NCBI GenBank assembly: GCA_038087875.1
Contig: CM075988.1
Coordinates: forward strand, 558,001-622,000
Reading direction: 5' to 3'
DNA length: 64,000 nucleotides
Origin: Malacoraja senta
Lineage: Eukaryota
Of the stretch, positions 13,294 to 27,356 are shown one piece after another (the stretch's first letter is position 1; the number at the start of each line of letters is the position of its first letter). The notes beneath the pieces are model-generated. The model had not been told where the DNA came from. It did not search any database and worked only from the letters and a program-made list of their open reading frames with translations. A program made the position numbers and the translations under genes.

Positions 13294-13755
13294 TGTAATG
13301 GCAATTTCTTAACTTTCCAATGTCCAACTTTTAATTGCCATTAGTACTCGGGGATGTAGTAGAGATATAGATTACGCACTCGCAGATAGTAAAACGAATC
13401 TTCCAGTCGTTGTTTCTAGAATAACTGGTCTTTTATTGAAGTACTACAAACAAAGACGTGATTTATATCAAGTATTTCTTATTCAAATACAAATTATAAC
13501 TTTTCATTCTTACTAACTGTTTCATCCATATTGTGTCATGAAGAGTCGTGCATGAGTGGTAAAAAACTGTTGACCCAACTATCCCTCGAGGCTAAAGTCA
13601 ATCCCAATCCCTGTGGCTACGCCAGCCTCCTCAGATGTAGACACTCCTTTCTACGTATCAAATCCAACCCACAAGCCAAAAGAAAAAACTAGAAATATCT
13701 AGACACGGCTATAATATACTAATAGTAACTAACTTAAGCAGAAATTGTTCCTACA
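13294..13755 (-). repeat. BEL/Pao 3' LTR
   Basis: tgtaatggc...ctaca; direct repeat of 58764-59202; adjoined by the PPT-like ggggccggta on the minus strand (13756-13765). Confidence 0.93.
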
Positions 13756-14715
13756 TACCGGCCCCTAATTGTTCTATGTATATAATAAAGTAATTACCAA
13801 TAGACATTAAAAGCAGCTATAAAAGCTTAACATATATCAAAAACAAAATAAATATGCACTATATGTTAGCATTCAAACTTCTTCAGTGATTGTTCTATCT
13901 TCTTCTTCTGCTTCTAGGAGCAGACATATCTTGGTTATCGGTCTTACTGTAAATGGCTCATTCTAAGCTTTCCCCCCAGTCTAGTTTCAGTCCAAAACAC
14001 GGAATCAAGCACGAACATCTATTTTAACAAAACACAATTACAGTTCAACTACTGTACCTATCCCGCCGCGGGTTTGATCCTCGTATCTGCCTGATCAAGC
14101 CCTCTAGGCCTCGCTCAAACAGAGACACTCCAGAAGGCCACTCAGTCCCAAACGCTCTCCCAGAAGATCGACGCTGGACCTCATGGCAGCGTACTTTTAT
14201 AGGACCCAGGACTTCGAGGTGCGGAACCACATGTCTCTGAACAATCCAATTACAGATATCGATCAGCCCCATACATAACAGATATTTCCCTAACCCAATA
14301 ATACAGCAGCTTAATACATTGTATTCAAACAGGACTTCTCAAGGAAGCCAACTTAGAAACATTTACCCTGAACTGCAAGAAACCCAGATAAGGCTCAATA
14401 CTTCATCCAATCAACACTCGGCAAAATAGAACTCTGCAACATTATTTACAATTATTTACAAGGTGTATGTCTGGTTTGCAGCCATCCAATCCATACTATG
14501 CATTTTGCACCTAATTGCTAAGGTCTGCAAATAGAAACATAGAAAAATAGAAAATAGGTGCAGGAGTAGGCCATTCGGCCCTTCGAGCCTGCACCGCCAT
14601 TCAATATGATCATGGCTGATCATCCAACTCAGTATCCTGTACCTGCCTTCTCTCCATACCCCCTGATCCCTTTAGCCAAAAGGGCCACATCTAACTCCCT
14701 CTTAAATATAGCCAA

Positions 14716-17400
14716 TTAACTGGCCTCAACTACCTTCTGTGGCAGAGAATTCCACAGATTCACCAGTCTCTGTGTGAAAAATGATTTTCTCATCTCGGTC
14801 CTAAAAGATGTCCCCTTTATCCTTAAACTGTGACCCCTTGTTCTGGACTTCCCCAACATTGGGAACAATCTTCCTGCATCTAGCCTGTCCAACCCCTTAA
14901 GAATCTTGTAAGTTTCTATAAGATCCCCCCTCAATCTTCTAAATTCTAGCGAGTACAAGCCGAGTCTATCCAGTCTTTCTTCATATGAAAGTCCTGCCAT
15001 CCCAGGAATCACTCCGGTGAACCTTCTCTGTACTCCCTCTATGGCAAGAATGTATTTCCTCAGATTTGGTGACCAAAACTGTACGCAATACTCCAGGTGT
15101 GGCCTCACCAAGACCCTGTACAACTGCAGTAGAACCTCTCTGCTCTTATACTCAAATCCTTTTGCTATGAATGCTAACATACCATTCACTTTCTTCACTG
15201 CCTGCTGCACCTGCATGCCTACTTTCAATGACTGGTGTACCATGACACCCAGATCTCGTTGCATCTCCCCTTTTCCTAATCGGCCACCATTCAGATAATA
15301 GTCTACTTTCCTGTTTTTGCCACCAAAGTGGATAACCTCACATTTATCCACATTATACTGCATCTGCCATGCATTTGCCCACTCACCCAACCTATCCAAG
15401 TCACCTTGCAGCCTCCTAGCATCCTCCTCACAGCTAACACTGCCCCCCAGCTTTGTGTCATCCGCAAACTTGGAGATGTTGCATTCAATTCCCTCATCCA
15501 GTTCATTAATATATTGTAAATAGCTGGGGTCCCAGCACTGAGCCTTGCGGTACCCCACTAGTCACTGCCTGCATTCTGAAAAGGACCCGTTTACTCCTGC
15601 ACTTTGCTTCCTGTCTGCCAGCCAGTTCTCTATCCACATCAATACTGAACCCCCAATACCATGTGCTTTCAGTTTGCATACTAATCTCTTATGTGGGATC
15701 TTGTCGAAAGCCTTCAGGAAGTCCAGATATAACACATCCACTGGTTCTCCCTTATCCACTCTACTGGTTACATCCTCGAAAAATTCTATAAGATTCGTCA
15801 GACATGATTTACCTTTCATAAATCCATGCTGACTTTGTCCAATGATTTCACCACTTTCCAAATGTGCTGCTATCCCATCTTTAATAACTGACTCTAGCAT
15901 TTTCACCACTACCGATGTTAGACTAACTGGTCTGTAATTCCCCGTTTTCTCACTCCCTCCCTTTTTAAAAAGTGGGGTTACATTAGCTACCCTCCAATCC
16001 TCAGGAACTACTCCAGAATGTAAAGAGTTCTGAAAAATTATCACTAATGCATCCACTATTTCTGGGGCTACTTCCTTAAGTACTCTGGGATGCAGCCTGT
16101 CTGGCCCTGGGGATTTATCGGCCTCTAATCCATTCAATTTACCTAACACCACTTCCCGGCTATCCGGGATTTCACTCAGTTCCTCCATCTCATTTGACCC
16201 CCGGTCCCCTGCTATTTCCGGCAGATTATTTATGTCTTTCTTAGTGAAGACAGAACCAAAGTAGTTATTCAATTGGTCTGCCATATCCTTGTTCCCCATG
16301 ATCAATTCACCAGTTTCTGACTGCAAGGGACCTACATTTGTTTTAACTAATCTCTTTCTCTTCACATATCTATAAAAACGTTTGCAGTCAGTTTTTATGT
16401 GCCCTGCCAGTTTTCTTTCATAATCTATTTTCCCTTTCCTAATTAAGCCCTTTGTCCTCCTCTGCTGGACTCTGAATTTCTCCCAGTCCTCTGGTAGGCT
16501 GCTTTTTCTGGCTAATTTGTATGCTTCATCTTTTGTTTTGATACTATGCCTGATTTCCCTTGTTATCCATGGATGCACTACCTTCCCTGATTTATTCTTT
16601 TGCCAAACTGGGATGAACAATTGTTGTAGTTCATCCATGCAGTCTTTAAATGCCTTCCATTGCATATCCACCGTCAACCCTTTCAGAATCACTTGCCAGT
16701 CTATTTTGGCCAATTCACGTCTCATACCCTCAAAGTTACCCTTCTTTAAGTTCAGAACCCTTGTTTCTGAATTAACAATGTCACTCTCCATCCTAATGAA
16801 GAACTCAACCATATTATGGTCACTTGCCCAAGGGGCCATGCACAACAAGACTGCTAACCAACCCTTCCTCATTACTCAATACCCAGTCTAGAATAGCCTG
16901 TTCTCTCGTTGGTTCCTCTACATGTTGGTTTAGAAAACTATCCCGCATACATTCCAAGAAATCCTCTTCCTCAGCACCCCTGCCAATTTGCTTCACCCAA
17001 TCTATATGTAGATTGAAGTCACCCATTATAACTGTTTTAACTTTGTTGCACGCATTTCTAATTTCCTGTTTGATGTCATCCCCAAGTCCACTACTACTGT
17101 TAGGTGGCCTGTACACAATTCCCACTAGCATTTTCTGCCCCTTAGTGTTTCGCAGCTCTACCCATATCGATTCCACATCCTCCAAGCTAATGTCCTTCCT
17201 TTCTATTGCGTTAATCTCCTCTCTAACCAGCAACGCTACCCCACCTCCTTTTCCTTTCTGTCTATCCCTCCTGAATATTGAATATCCCTGGATGTTCAGC
17301 TCCCAGCCTTGGTCACTCTGGAGCCATGTCTCCGTGATCCCAACTATATCATATCATTCAACTCATCCACCTTATTACGAATGCTCCTTGCATTGAGACA
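14716..17400 (-). pseudogene. CR1 ORF2 endonuclease/RT, frameshifted
   Basis: VYRPPN, GDFN, KSPGPD, NYRPVSLTS and FADD motifs spread over several frames. Confidence 0.92.
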
Positions 17401-17588
17401 CAAAGCCTTCAGGCTTGTTTTTACAACACTCTTACCCTTTATACAATTATGTTGAAAAGTGGCCCTTTTTAATTTTTGCCCTGGATTTTTCTGTCTGCCA
17501 CTTTTACTATTCACTTTGTTACCTGTTGCTTCTACCCTCATTTTACACCCCTCTGTCTCTCTACTCATGCTCCCATTCCCCTGCCACA

Positions 17589-18203
17589 TTAGTTTAAATG
17601 CTCCCCGACAGCACTAGCAAACACTCCCCCAAGGACATTGGTTCCATTCCAGCCCAGGTGCAGTCCGTCCTGTTTGTACTGGTCCCACCTCCCCCAGAAC
17701 TGGTTCCAATGCCCTAGAAATTTGAATCCCTCCCCCTTGCACCATTTTTCAAGCCACGTATTCATCTGCAATATCTTCCTATTTCTACTCTGACTAGCAC
17801 TTGGCACTGGCAATAATCCAGAGATTATTACCTTTGAGGTCCTACTTTTAAGTTTATCTCCTAGCTCCCTAAATTCACCTTGTAGGACCTCATCCCGTTT
17901 TTTACCTATATCGTTGGTGCCAATGTGCACCACGACAGCTAGCTGTTCACCGTCCCCCTCCAGAATGTTCTGCAGCCGTTCAGTGACATCCCTGACCCTT
18001 GCACCAGGGAGGCAACATACCATCCTGAAATCTCGTTTGCGGCTGCAGAAACGCCTATCTATTCCCCTTACAATTGAATCCCCTATTACTATGGCCCTTC
18101 CACTCTTTTTCCTCCCCTCCTGTGCCGCAGAGCCACCCATGGTGCCATGAACTTGGCTGCTGCTGCCTTCCCCTGATGAGCCATCTCCCCCAACAGTATC
18201 CAA
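17589..18203 (-). pseudogene. CR1 ORF1 SGNH/GDSL esterase-like domain (N-truncated)
   Basis: VIGDSIVR, HIGTND and DGLHL motifs. Confidence 0.9.
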
Positions 18204-18423
18204 AATGGTATATCTGTTTAGGAGGGAGATGACCGCAGGGGACCGCAGATGTTCCTATTCTTTTCTTGCAACTTGTATCTAGGCTCTAAACACACTGGCA
18301 CCACTCCGCAGCTTGTCCCAGTTCTGCCGAGAACAATTCCAAATTGACCAAATCTCCCAGCAGCGCTGACGTTTTTTACCCCATTTAAAAATCCTAGCCG
18401 CTCCAATTTGGCCAGGATTAACA

Positions 18424-18439
18424 TTCCTTCCCTTTTTTT
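18424..18439 (-). other. ERV polypurine tract
   Basis: Minus strand aaaaaaagggaaggaa immediately before the 3' LTR TG. Confidence 0.85.
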
Positions 18440-19093
18440 AATCATATATGATAACCCATCATTTATGATAACCAAATAGTTCAATAATCAGCTAACCAGA
18501 TATACATATGTGTGTCCATTACATTTCCCATCTATATGCAACACAAGATGATGATGCTTCTTCCCAGAATCTTGTCAAGCGTCCCGAGTATTCATGAGTA
18601 TTCATGAACTTCACAATTTCCGTCTGTTGAGTCTTCACCTCCCGAGTTTTTGTGGGCGCGAATTCCCTCCATCCGTGTTGCTGCCCATTCTTCCATCCCT
18701 TTCCATAGTCAAACCTAAAACCTAAAATTCCTGACAAACTTGGGAGAAAGCAAGTTACCATCATGCACCCATGCTTCCCCATACATTCACTATAATTCCC
18801 TATTCCATTTTCTATTGACTGTACCCCTATTGCTATTCTGTTCCCTAATATACTCTTTATTGTCCTAGGATCAACATTAATCAGCCTTCTTCATACTCAC
18901 ATGATGTTATAATATGTATATCTGATGACGGGTCCTCATATAAATTTCAGCTTTGAAGTCCAGATTTCCCTACAGGCATGATTCTAATTTAAAGCAAACC
19001 ATGATAAATGTTCCAATTTAACCAAATTCAGTCTCAGCTTTCAATTTACTATTTCAAATTTCTGTGTCCATCTCACCCTTCTCATTCCACAGC

Positions 19094-21180
19094 ATTGTCC
19101 CTGTTCGTTTGAAAGGAAATAGTAAAAAATGGAAAGAGCCATGGTTTTCAAGGGAAATTGGACACTTGGTTCGGAAAAAGAGAGAGATCTACAATAATTA
19201 TAGGCAGCATGGAGTAAATGAGGTGCTTGAGGAGTATAAAGAATGTAAAAAGAATATTAAGAAAGAAATTAGAAAAGCTAAAAGAAGATATGAGGTTGCT
19301 TTGGCAAGTACGGTGAAAGTAAATCCAAAGGGTTTCTACAGCTATATTAATAGCAAAAGGATAACAAGGAATAAAATTGGTCCATTAGAGATTCAGAGTG
19401 GACAGCTATCTGCAGAGCCAAAAGAGATGGGGGAGATATTGAACAATTTCTTTTCTTTGGTATTCACGAAGGAGAAGGATATGGAATTATGTGAGGTAAG
19501 GGAAACAAGCAGAGTAGCAATGGAAACTGTGAGATTCAAAGAAGAGGAGGTGCGGACACTTTTGAAAAATATGAAAATGGATAAGTCTCCAGGTCCTGAC
19601 AGGATATTTCCTAGGACATTGAGGGAAGTTAGTGTAGAAATAGCAGGGGCTATGACAGAAATATTTCAAATGTCATTAGAAACGGGAATAGTGCCGGAGG
19701 ATTGGCGTACTGCGCATGTTGTTCCGTTGTTTAAAAAGGGTTCGAAGAGTAAACCTAGCAATTATAGACCTGTTAGTTTGACGTCAGTGGTGGGCAAATT
19801 AATGGAAAGGATACTTAAAGATAATATATATAAGCATCTGGATAAGCAGGGTCTGATTAGGAACAGTCAACATGGATTTGTGCCTGGAAGGTCATGCTTG
19901 ACTAATCTTCTTGAATTTTTCGAAGAGGTTACTAGGGAAATTGATGAGGGTAAAGCAGTGGACGTTGTCTATATGGACTTCAGTAAGGCCTTTGACAAGG
20001 TTCCTCATGGAAGGTTGGTTAAGAAGATTCAATTGTTGGGTATTAATGGTGGAGTAGCAAGATGGATTCAACAGTGGCTGAATGGGAGATGCCAGAGAGT
20101 AATGGTGGATGGCTGTTTGTCAGGTTGGAGGCCGGTGACTAGTGGGGTGCCTCAGGGGTCTGTGTTGGGTCCACTGTTGTTTGTCATGTAAATCAATGAT
20201 CTGGATGATGGTGTGGAAAATTGGATTAGTAAGTATGCAGATGATACTAAGATAGGTTGTGTTGTGGATAATGAAGTTGATTTTCAAAGTCTACAGAGAG
20301 ATTTAGGCCATTTGGAAGAGTGGGCTGAAAGATGGCAGATGGAGTTTAATGCTGACAAATGTGAGGTGCTACATCTCGGCAGGACAAATCGAAATAGGAC
20401 GTACACGGTAAATGGTAGCGAATTGAGGAATGCAGTTGAACAGAGGGATCTAGGAATAACTGTGCATAGTTCCCTGAAGGTGGAATCTCATGTAGATAGG
20501 GTGGTAAAGAAAGCTTTTGGTGTGCTGGCCTTTATAAATCAGAGCATTGAATATAGAAGTTGGGATGTAATGTTAAAATTGTACAAGGCATTGGTGAGGC
20601 CAATTCTGGAGTATGGAGTACAATTTTGGTCGCCTAATTATAGGAAGGATGTCAACAAAATAGAGAGAGTACAGAGGAGATTTACTAGAATGTTGCCTGG
20701 GTTTCAGCAACTAAGTTACAGAGAAAGGTTGAACAAGTTAGGTCTTTATTCTTTGGAGCGCAGAAGGTTAAGAGGGGAGTTGATAGAGGTCTTTAAAATT
20801 ATGAGCGGGTTAGACAGAGTGGACGTGGATAAGCTTTTCCCATTGAGAGTAGGGAAGATTCAAACAAGGGGACATGACTTGAGAATTAAGGGACAGAAGT
20901 TTAGGGGGAACATTAGGGGGAACTTCTTTACTCAGAGAGTGGTAGCTGTGTGGAATGAGCTTCCAGTGGAAGTGGTGGAGGCAGGTTCGATGTTATCCTT
21001 TAAAAATAGATTGGATGGGTATATGGACTGGAAAGGAATGGAGGGTTATGGTCTGAGTGCAGGTAGATGGGACTAGGGGGAAGTATTTATTTTTAATTTT
21101 TAAAAAATGTTCGGCACGGACTTGAAGGGCCGAGATGGCCTGTTTCCGTGCTGTTATGGTTATATGGTTATATGGTTATA
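19094..21180 (+). mobile_element. CR1 LINE (family B), 5' truncated, one in-frame stop in RT
   Basis: ORFs 19064-20191 and 20213-21076 closely match the ORF2 at 29798-32563; (GGTTATAT)n tail. Confidence 0.95.
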
Positions 21181-22055
21181 ATACAATTCCATTCCAATTC
21201 CTGTGGAATTCCCAGCTGTTCAAATTTTAACAATCAATTTCCATATGCTGTCAATTTCATCATAAATCCAATCAAAACTGCCGAATCCAGTGACAATTTC
21301 TTTCCACCTTGATAACAGAAGCATCAAGGGTTAAATAATTCAGATCCATGTGTCAAATATGCATCGGCTCTGCTATTCTCAATACCTATTCAAGTTTTTC
21401 CCTCTAATTTACTAAGTCTCTCCTCCAGTACCTCTTCTTATTTATGTATGTCTCCTGACTATGGTAACTCGTTACTGTGTTGATTCTCTACTATGTTGAC
21501 TCTTTGCTCTATTGGCTTTGTTGTCTGTCTAGGGGTTCTCGCTTATACTAGTTCTTTTTATCTCTAAGTAACTTTTCAGGATGGTTAGTATTGACTTTCA
21601 GAGGGGAACTTATACATTTTCAGTCTCCCTCATCATTTTATACCACCACCTTACGTTTCCAGGGTATGTTATAATTCCTCATATCTGCTAGGGTCTGTTC
21701 CTACCTTGATAGTAACTAAATAGTCCAGTCCCATCTTCGACCATCTTCCTACGGGTTAGACAAGAGAAGAATGCCAAATTAGCAGTTAATTCTCTAACAT
21801 TTTTTAAGACTGTATCCCTATAAGCCCTCTTTAAATTAATTTACTTAGAACTAAATTTTGGCGCAAAGTGAGTATTTTGCCACGAAACACAGAGGAATTA
21901 TTTTTTATTCAAATCCAATTCTTAATAGGAGCTTATCGAATCGTCATTACAAATTGTCAGTGTTGTTTCTTTTAAAGATGATTAGTGTCCTTTACTCTCC
22001 TTCCTTTTCTTTTTCCAATAGCTAGGTGATATTAAAGTTGGGCACTAGGGTAGGT

Positions 22056-22149
22056 TTGAAGAAGGGTTTTGGCCCCAAATGTTGCCTAATTCCTTCGCTC
22101 CATAGATGCTGCTGCACCCGCTGAATGTTTCCAGCACTTTTGTCTACCT
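22056..22149 (+). ncRNA. Decayed hammerhead-motif short insertion
   Basis: ttgaagaagggttttggccccaaatg...gatgctgc..cccgctga..tccagcac; homologous to 50246-50344; possible TAGGT TSD. Confidence 0.5.
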
Positions 22150-22508
22150 TAGGTCATCTTCTTCTTCTTTTCTGATGTTAGTTTCAATTACGAGGGAGTG
22201 GGGATACTGAGGAGCAGCTTTCTCTGTCTGCTGGCCTTCCCAAATATGTCTTAAAGGAGCAGATCAGTATCAGTTCCTCCTGCTGGTCACCTGTTTCTGG
22301 GGAGTTACATTACCTTTGCTGTCTTCTGCCCGTTCTTAAGGCATCTGTGCATTATTTTACCTCACTCCCCAGATTGTATGTCATCAATATAGTGTCCTGC
22401 GGGCACAAACTCAGTAACACATTAACATACTATCTTCTTTCCCCACTCCCGTTCCTCCTGCACAGTAAGTTTGTTTCTTCTCTCCCTCATGCCCATTCCA
22501 TTCCTTAA

Positions 22509-23005
22509 AGGCCTGTCTCACGGGTATGCGGTTACTGGCGGTTACTGGCGGTGAAGCAGGAAGTTGGGACCGCTCGTGGACCGCCAGAGACTGCGGTGTC
22601 CCAACACCGCACGGTGCTCACAAAAAATCGACAACGTTCAAAAATGTTGTCCTACCGCCACAGCCGCCGCCAGTGCGGCACGAGCACCGCCACAGCCGCC
22701 GCCAGTGCGCCGTGAGCGGCATGAGCACCACGAGCACCGCCACAGCCGCCGCCAGTGCACCGTGAGCGACGTGAGCACCGCCACAGCCGCCGCCAGTGCG
22801 CCGTGAGCGGCGTGAGCACCACGAGCACCGCCACAGCCTCCACCAGTGCACCGTGAGCGGCATGAGCACCACGAGCACCGCCACAGCCTCCACCAGTGCA
22901 CCGTGAGCGACGTGAGCACCGCCACAGCCTCCGCCAGTGCAGCACAAGCACCGCCACAGCCGCCGCCAGTGCGCCGCGATCACCATTAGCACCACCACAG
23001 CCCGC
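22509..23005. mobile_element. Truncated Harbinger-type element end with GC-rich minisatellite
   Basis: TAA then aggcctgtctcac (cf. agggcctgtcccac at 41381); tandem gagcaccgccacagcc(g/t)cc(g/a)ccagtgc units at ~22654-23000. Confidence 0.6.
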
Positions 23006-23307
23006 TCCTTGATTTACAATCTTCTTTGCTCTAATGGGGTTTCTGGGGTAGTCATAAGATGGTTTATAATTTTCTTCTATGTGATTTTCAGTTTTTACTA
23101 CATTAGTACATCCAATTCGTTCATTCCGGTAAATTACTTGAGGGGTTTCTAGAGTAGGGGTCATGTCTCCACACCCACAATTCCAGGACGGGTTGCTGAG
23201 TCAGGACTGAGATAATGGGTTAGCTTGAGTACATGGTGTGTGACTTCTTAGTACCTGACATTCGGGCCATCTCTCTCTCTGGTCTCTTGGGGCCCAGTAG
23301 TCTCTTG

Positions 23308-23655
23308 AATAGTAAGATTAAACGAGAACTTACCTAAGTTTGAAGTTTGATCTTTATTTTATGAGGAGTTACGTAGGTGATTACGTGAAGAACCCCGCCA
23401 GTGCGCCTGCGCGTCAATCTTCAAAGCAGCGGTGTGAAATCACAAAAAACAACAACCGAAGTAATATAGTCTCATACTAAAACGAGTAAGACAAGAACTT
23501 CCATCTGACCTTTATGATAGAGGGTAGGGTCGTGGTGGGCACGTAATCACCTACGTAACTCCTCATAAAATAAAGATCAAACTTCAAACTTAGGTAAGTT
23601 CTCGTTTAATCTTACTATTTTACTTCGGAGTCACGTGAGTGACTACGTGAAGATT
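23308..23655. repeat. DIRS 3' terminal repeat and ICR
   Basis: 23310-23386 inverted to ~23540-23617; ~23617-23652 inverted to the 5' end at ~28478-28513; 23381-23416 inverted to ~28453-28487. Confidence 0.92.
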
Positions 23656-23821
23656 TTAAAGCTTTGTGATTTCATGCCGTGGATCAATCCCGGCTTCTCA
23701 CTGCATAGATTGACTCGGAACGAGAATAATCAATCATGCATTCATAATAACATTTGTACCACAAATGCAGTAATTCATTTCAATAACGAAATGAATCAGA
23801 TCCCCTTTAAACCAAAGGAAT

Positions 23822-24750
23822 TTACACAGAACTTAAAATAGTTTCTGCAAACAACCCCGCATTAACAATAGGCCGATGGTAAAAATGTTGAAACATCAAC
23901 TCATTGGACCACCCGGCGGCTGCGAGGATATGGTTGACGGGGCCGTCTTTTGCCTTGGCCGCCGACATTTCTGCTGCCCTAGTCGAGTGAGACGTAAAAA
24001 CATAAGTGTTAATACCAGCAGCTGTTAAGACTTCTTTTATCCATCTGGAAATAGTCTGTATTGAAACTCTCTTGTGTGGTTTCTTGTGTGTGATCAAAAA
24101 CCCAGTTTCCGTATTCTCAAATTCTTTGTGACCTCAATGTATTGTAATAAATATGTCTTCATACAGAGACATGGATCATTTGGATATGCTGCCAGCATAA
24201 TTTTAAATCCTGTCACACCTGGCCTAATCTGCTCCAGTAGGTCATAGACATAGAATGTAACCTTGTCTTCAGTTACTTCCATACTGTCTATTTGTAATTC
24301 TCCAAGTGTTTGCACTCGTTGTGCTGTCACTCATGCCATAAACATGAATACTTTCATACTGAGCTTGACCAAAGGTAAAGACACACTTGATGACCATCAC
24401 GAAGTAGTTTCAGTACCACACTTACATCCCAGATTGTCACGTACCTAGGTTTCGGTGGTTTGGAATTAAAGATTCCTTTCATTAGTCTGGAAACAATTGG
24501 GTGTGACCCAATTGAGTTTCTTTCTGAATCCAGAACCAAATATGAGGACAATGCACTTCTGACTGAATTAATTGCACTACAACTCAGACCTTCATCATAA
24601 TAAAGTTTTGACAGAAATTCTAAACATTTGAAATATCTGCAGTACTTTATTGCACATTCTTTTGTACCCAGAACTCTTCCCATTTCTTAATATAAGAAAG
24701 GTACTGTTTTTGAGTGCTCTTCCTCCAGACTGCCGTAAGCATGTCCACAG
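23822..24750 (-). pseudogene. DIRS tyrosine recombinase
   Basis: RSALS, HPIVSRLMKGIFN, TAQRVQTL, HSTRAA, ILAAAGWS..F.HFY. Confidence 0.9.
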
Positions 24751-24800
24751 TATGCTCAGACAGTCCTCGTCCCAGAAAAGGCATTCTTAAAACCTGCAAA

Positions 24801-26640
24801 TTAACAAATCCAAACGATCATATAATGGATGTTGTTCCCCTGTACAGGGTGCAGCAATAAATTACTCTTTTTTGGGACTTTCATCAACATTTGTGTTGTT
24901 AATTCTAATATCAACGGATACCATGGCTGTGTAGGCCAATCTGGTACTACCAATACCCTTGAAGCAGCATCTTGCCTGATTTTAAGCAAACATTGGCTTA
25001 TGAGGCAGAAAGGTGGAAATATATATGAAAACATACCACCCCAATGTAGCGAGAAAGCATCAATCGCCACTGCTCCTGGATCTGGTTTCCATGAGACATA
25101 TCTCGATAGCTGATGATTCAAGTCGATGTCGGTCATTCCAAATCTGATGACTATATCATTGAATACCTCTTGATTCAACATCCATTCTTTATTATCATGG
25201 AACTTTTCGTGACCTGGTGTCTGCTATCGTTCATTCTACCTGGTAGATAGATAGCTGAAATCCAAATGTTCTTTTCAATACACCAAGCCCAAAGTTGATT
25301 AACCATTTTGTCACAAGACACCGACTTAATTCCACCCATATCATTAATATAAACAACTACTGTTGTGTTATCAATTTGAAGTTGAACATGCTTATTAGTT
25401 GTGTTAGAACAATAAGCTTGGAGCCCATAGAAACATCCTAGAAGCTCCAAATAGTTAATTCCCCATGTCTGCAGTAACAATGACTCTTCCTGATTCCATC
25501 TGCCTCCTCAGCTAGATGTTAAGTCAGTTGCACCCCATCCTGGTGCACTGGCATCAGTTTGTAATATCATGGAAGGTTGTTCAATCAGCACTTTGCTGGA
25601 ACTGCTTGAGACATGTAGAATCCACCACTGCAGATCAGAAACAGCATTTGTTGTTAGTTGCATGGTTCTATCAAAATGACCAACATGCATTCTCGGTGCC
25701 TGTTCTTTAAGTCTCTGCAGCTGTTGATAATGTAATGGTCCAAATTGGACTGCTGGGAATGCTGCTACTAATTTTCCCAGTACACGAGCCACCTGTCTAA
25801 TTGAAGGTTTTTGCTCGTTTAGGAGATTACTGCAATCTTTAATCAAATCCACCTTTTTCCCTGGGCAAAGTAATATTCATTTGGACTGAATCAATTGTGA
25901 ACCCCAAATAATTAATAGAGGTACATAGTGTTAACCTAGATTTCTGTGGATGAATTAGAAACCCCAAATTTTCAAAAGTTGATTTCACAACTGCAACAGA
26001 TATTCTGTTGACTGTTTTGTCTTTCCTATAATCAAGACATCATCCAAATATGCCATTAGTACATGCCCCTGGCTACTCAGTAAGCCCAGAATTGGTTTTA
26101 ACAATTTTGTGAATATTCTGGGTGCAGATATTAACCCATTAGGCAGAGCTTTGAACTGCCACAACTGGTTCATCCATTTAAATTTAAGATACTTCCTATC
26201 TTCTGAATGAACAGACACTGAATAATATGCATCTTTCAAGTCTATAGTTGCCATATAACATGCTTCTGAAATAAGCTGTTTGGCAGTCACAAATGTTTCC
26301 ATTTTAAAATGTCTAAATTGCACAAAAGGATTCAGATTTATCAAATCTACAAGAATTCTACATCCTCCATCCTTTTTTGATCGAGGGAATATATTTGACA
26401 CAAATTGGTGACTTTGGTAGACTGATTTTTCAATAACCCCTTTTTTATATAGGGTTTCAATTGCAACCTGAACCTCCATCACTTCTTTTTGTACAAAGTG
26501 CAGAGTTCGGCTAGGAACATGCTGAACAGGCAAATCATAATTTGGATTGAATTCAATTCGAAATCCTTGTATATTATTCAGGATTACCACATCTGAAGTA
26601 ATTTTCTTCCAATTATTATAGAAGAAATGTAACCTGCCTC
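24801..26640 (-). pseudogene. DIRS pol: RT, RNase H and adenine methyltransferase-like domain
   Basis: IDLKDAY, LPNGLISAPRIFTK, AYLDD; TDAS..GWGA, INYLEL, DNTT; DAF..W, FPPF, VPDWPTQPWYP. Confidence 0.92.
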
Positions 26641-26941
26641 CAACTTTTGGACTTAATCCAGTTAGTATGTTCCCATGAGAACCAGGTCCACCTACCACTT
26701 GAGTCATTTGAGTACCCTGAGATTCCTGGGTTCTCCCGGAAGCACACCCACTGGTTCTTGCTCCCGCTGCAGGCCGCCAACTACGTCCCTGCGTTGATGA
26801 GCGACTTGGTCCAGGATCCGTATGACGTCTGAAAGGATACTTCCTCTTTACAGACTTCACAACCATTGATGTCTTCATCAATCCTGTTTTCGCTTCATCT
26901 TCCAACTCTTTAATACGTCTCCCGAGATCTCTCCAAAGAGG

Positions 26942-27356
26942 ATCATCGGGCCTTCGTAGAGGCAATAGCGGGGGCTTCATTTGGCCTGACTGTTTGGGTG
27001 AACTGGGGCTGGGGACTGGACATTGTGCCTTGCCCCACAGTGGAAATCATTGTGGGGGGATGATTTTTGTATGTAATTGTTTGTAATTGTATTTGTTAGT
27101 CTGTGTTCAAGATGGCGGTCGGAGGGGAGAGTGGACGCTGGCGTTAAATTGCCGCTGCTCTCTCCTCAAATTGTGCTTCTGATTTTCTTTTTTTTGTGTT
27201 TTTGGAAGGAATTCTGTCCCTGATTTATGTATTGGTCTTTATAACCTATTTTTTTTTTTTAATTCTGATTATATGTTTTCTATAAATCTCTGTATGGTGT
27301 CCTTGAGACCTCGGTATAAGGCGCCCGTAAATAAAATCCATTATTATTATTATTAA
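26942..27356 (+). mobile_element. 5'-truncated SINE-like insertion with L2-like (ATT)n tail inside the DIRS
   Basis: Core shared with ~10517-10640; ends gtccttgag...aaggcgcccgtaaataaaatccattattattatt. Confidence 0.65.

Larger units (their letters stand above)
14531..18248 (-). mobile_element. CR1 LINE (family A), 5' truncated within ORF1
   Basis: ORF1 esterase plus frameshifted ORF2 (ORFs 16820-17233, 15562-16872, 14716-15558); atagaaacatagaaa tail. Confidence 0.95.
13948..18423 (-). repeat. ERV 3' LTR (13948-14530 + 18249-18423), split by a CR1
   Basis: Colinear with 39133-39904 once 14531-18248 is removed (ggtctgcaa|atgttcctattc). Confidence 0.92.

Noticed and set aside
22526..23164. Repeat array and several overlapping ORFs; possible CRISPR or repetitive protein
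   Set aside because: Units are contiguous with no unique spacers, there are no cas genes and the context is eukaryotic; the ORFs arise from a stop-poor GC minisatellite.
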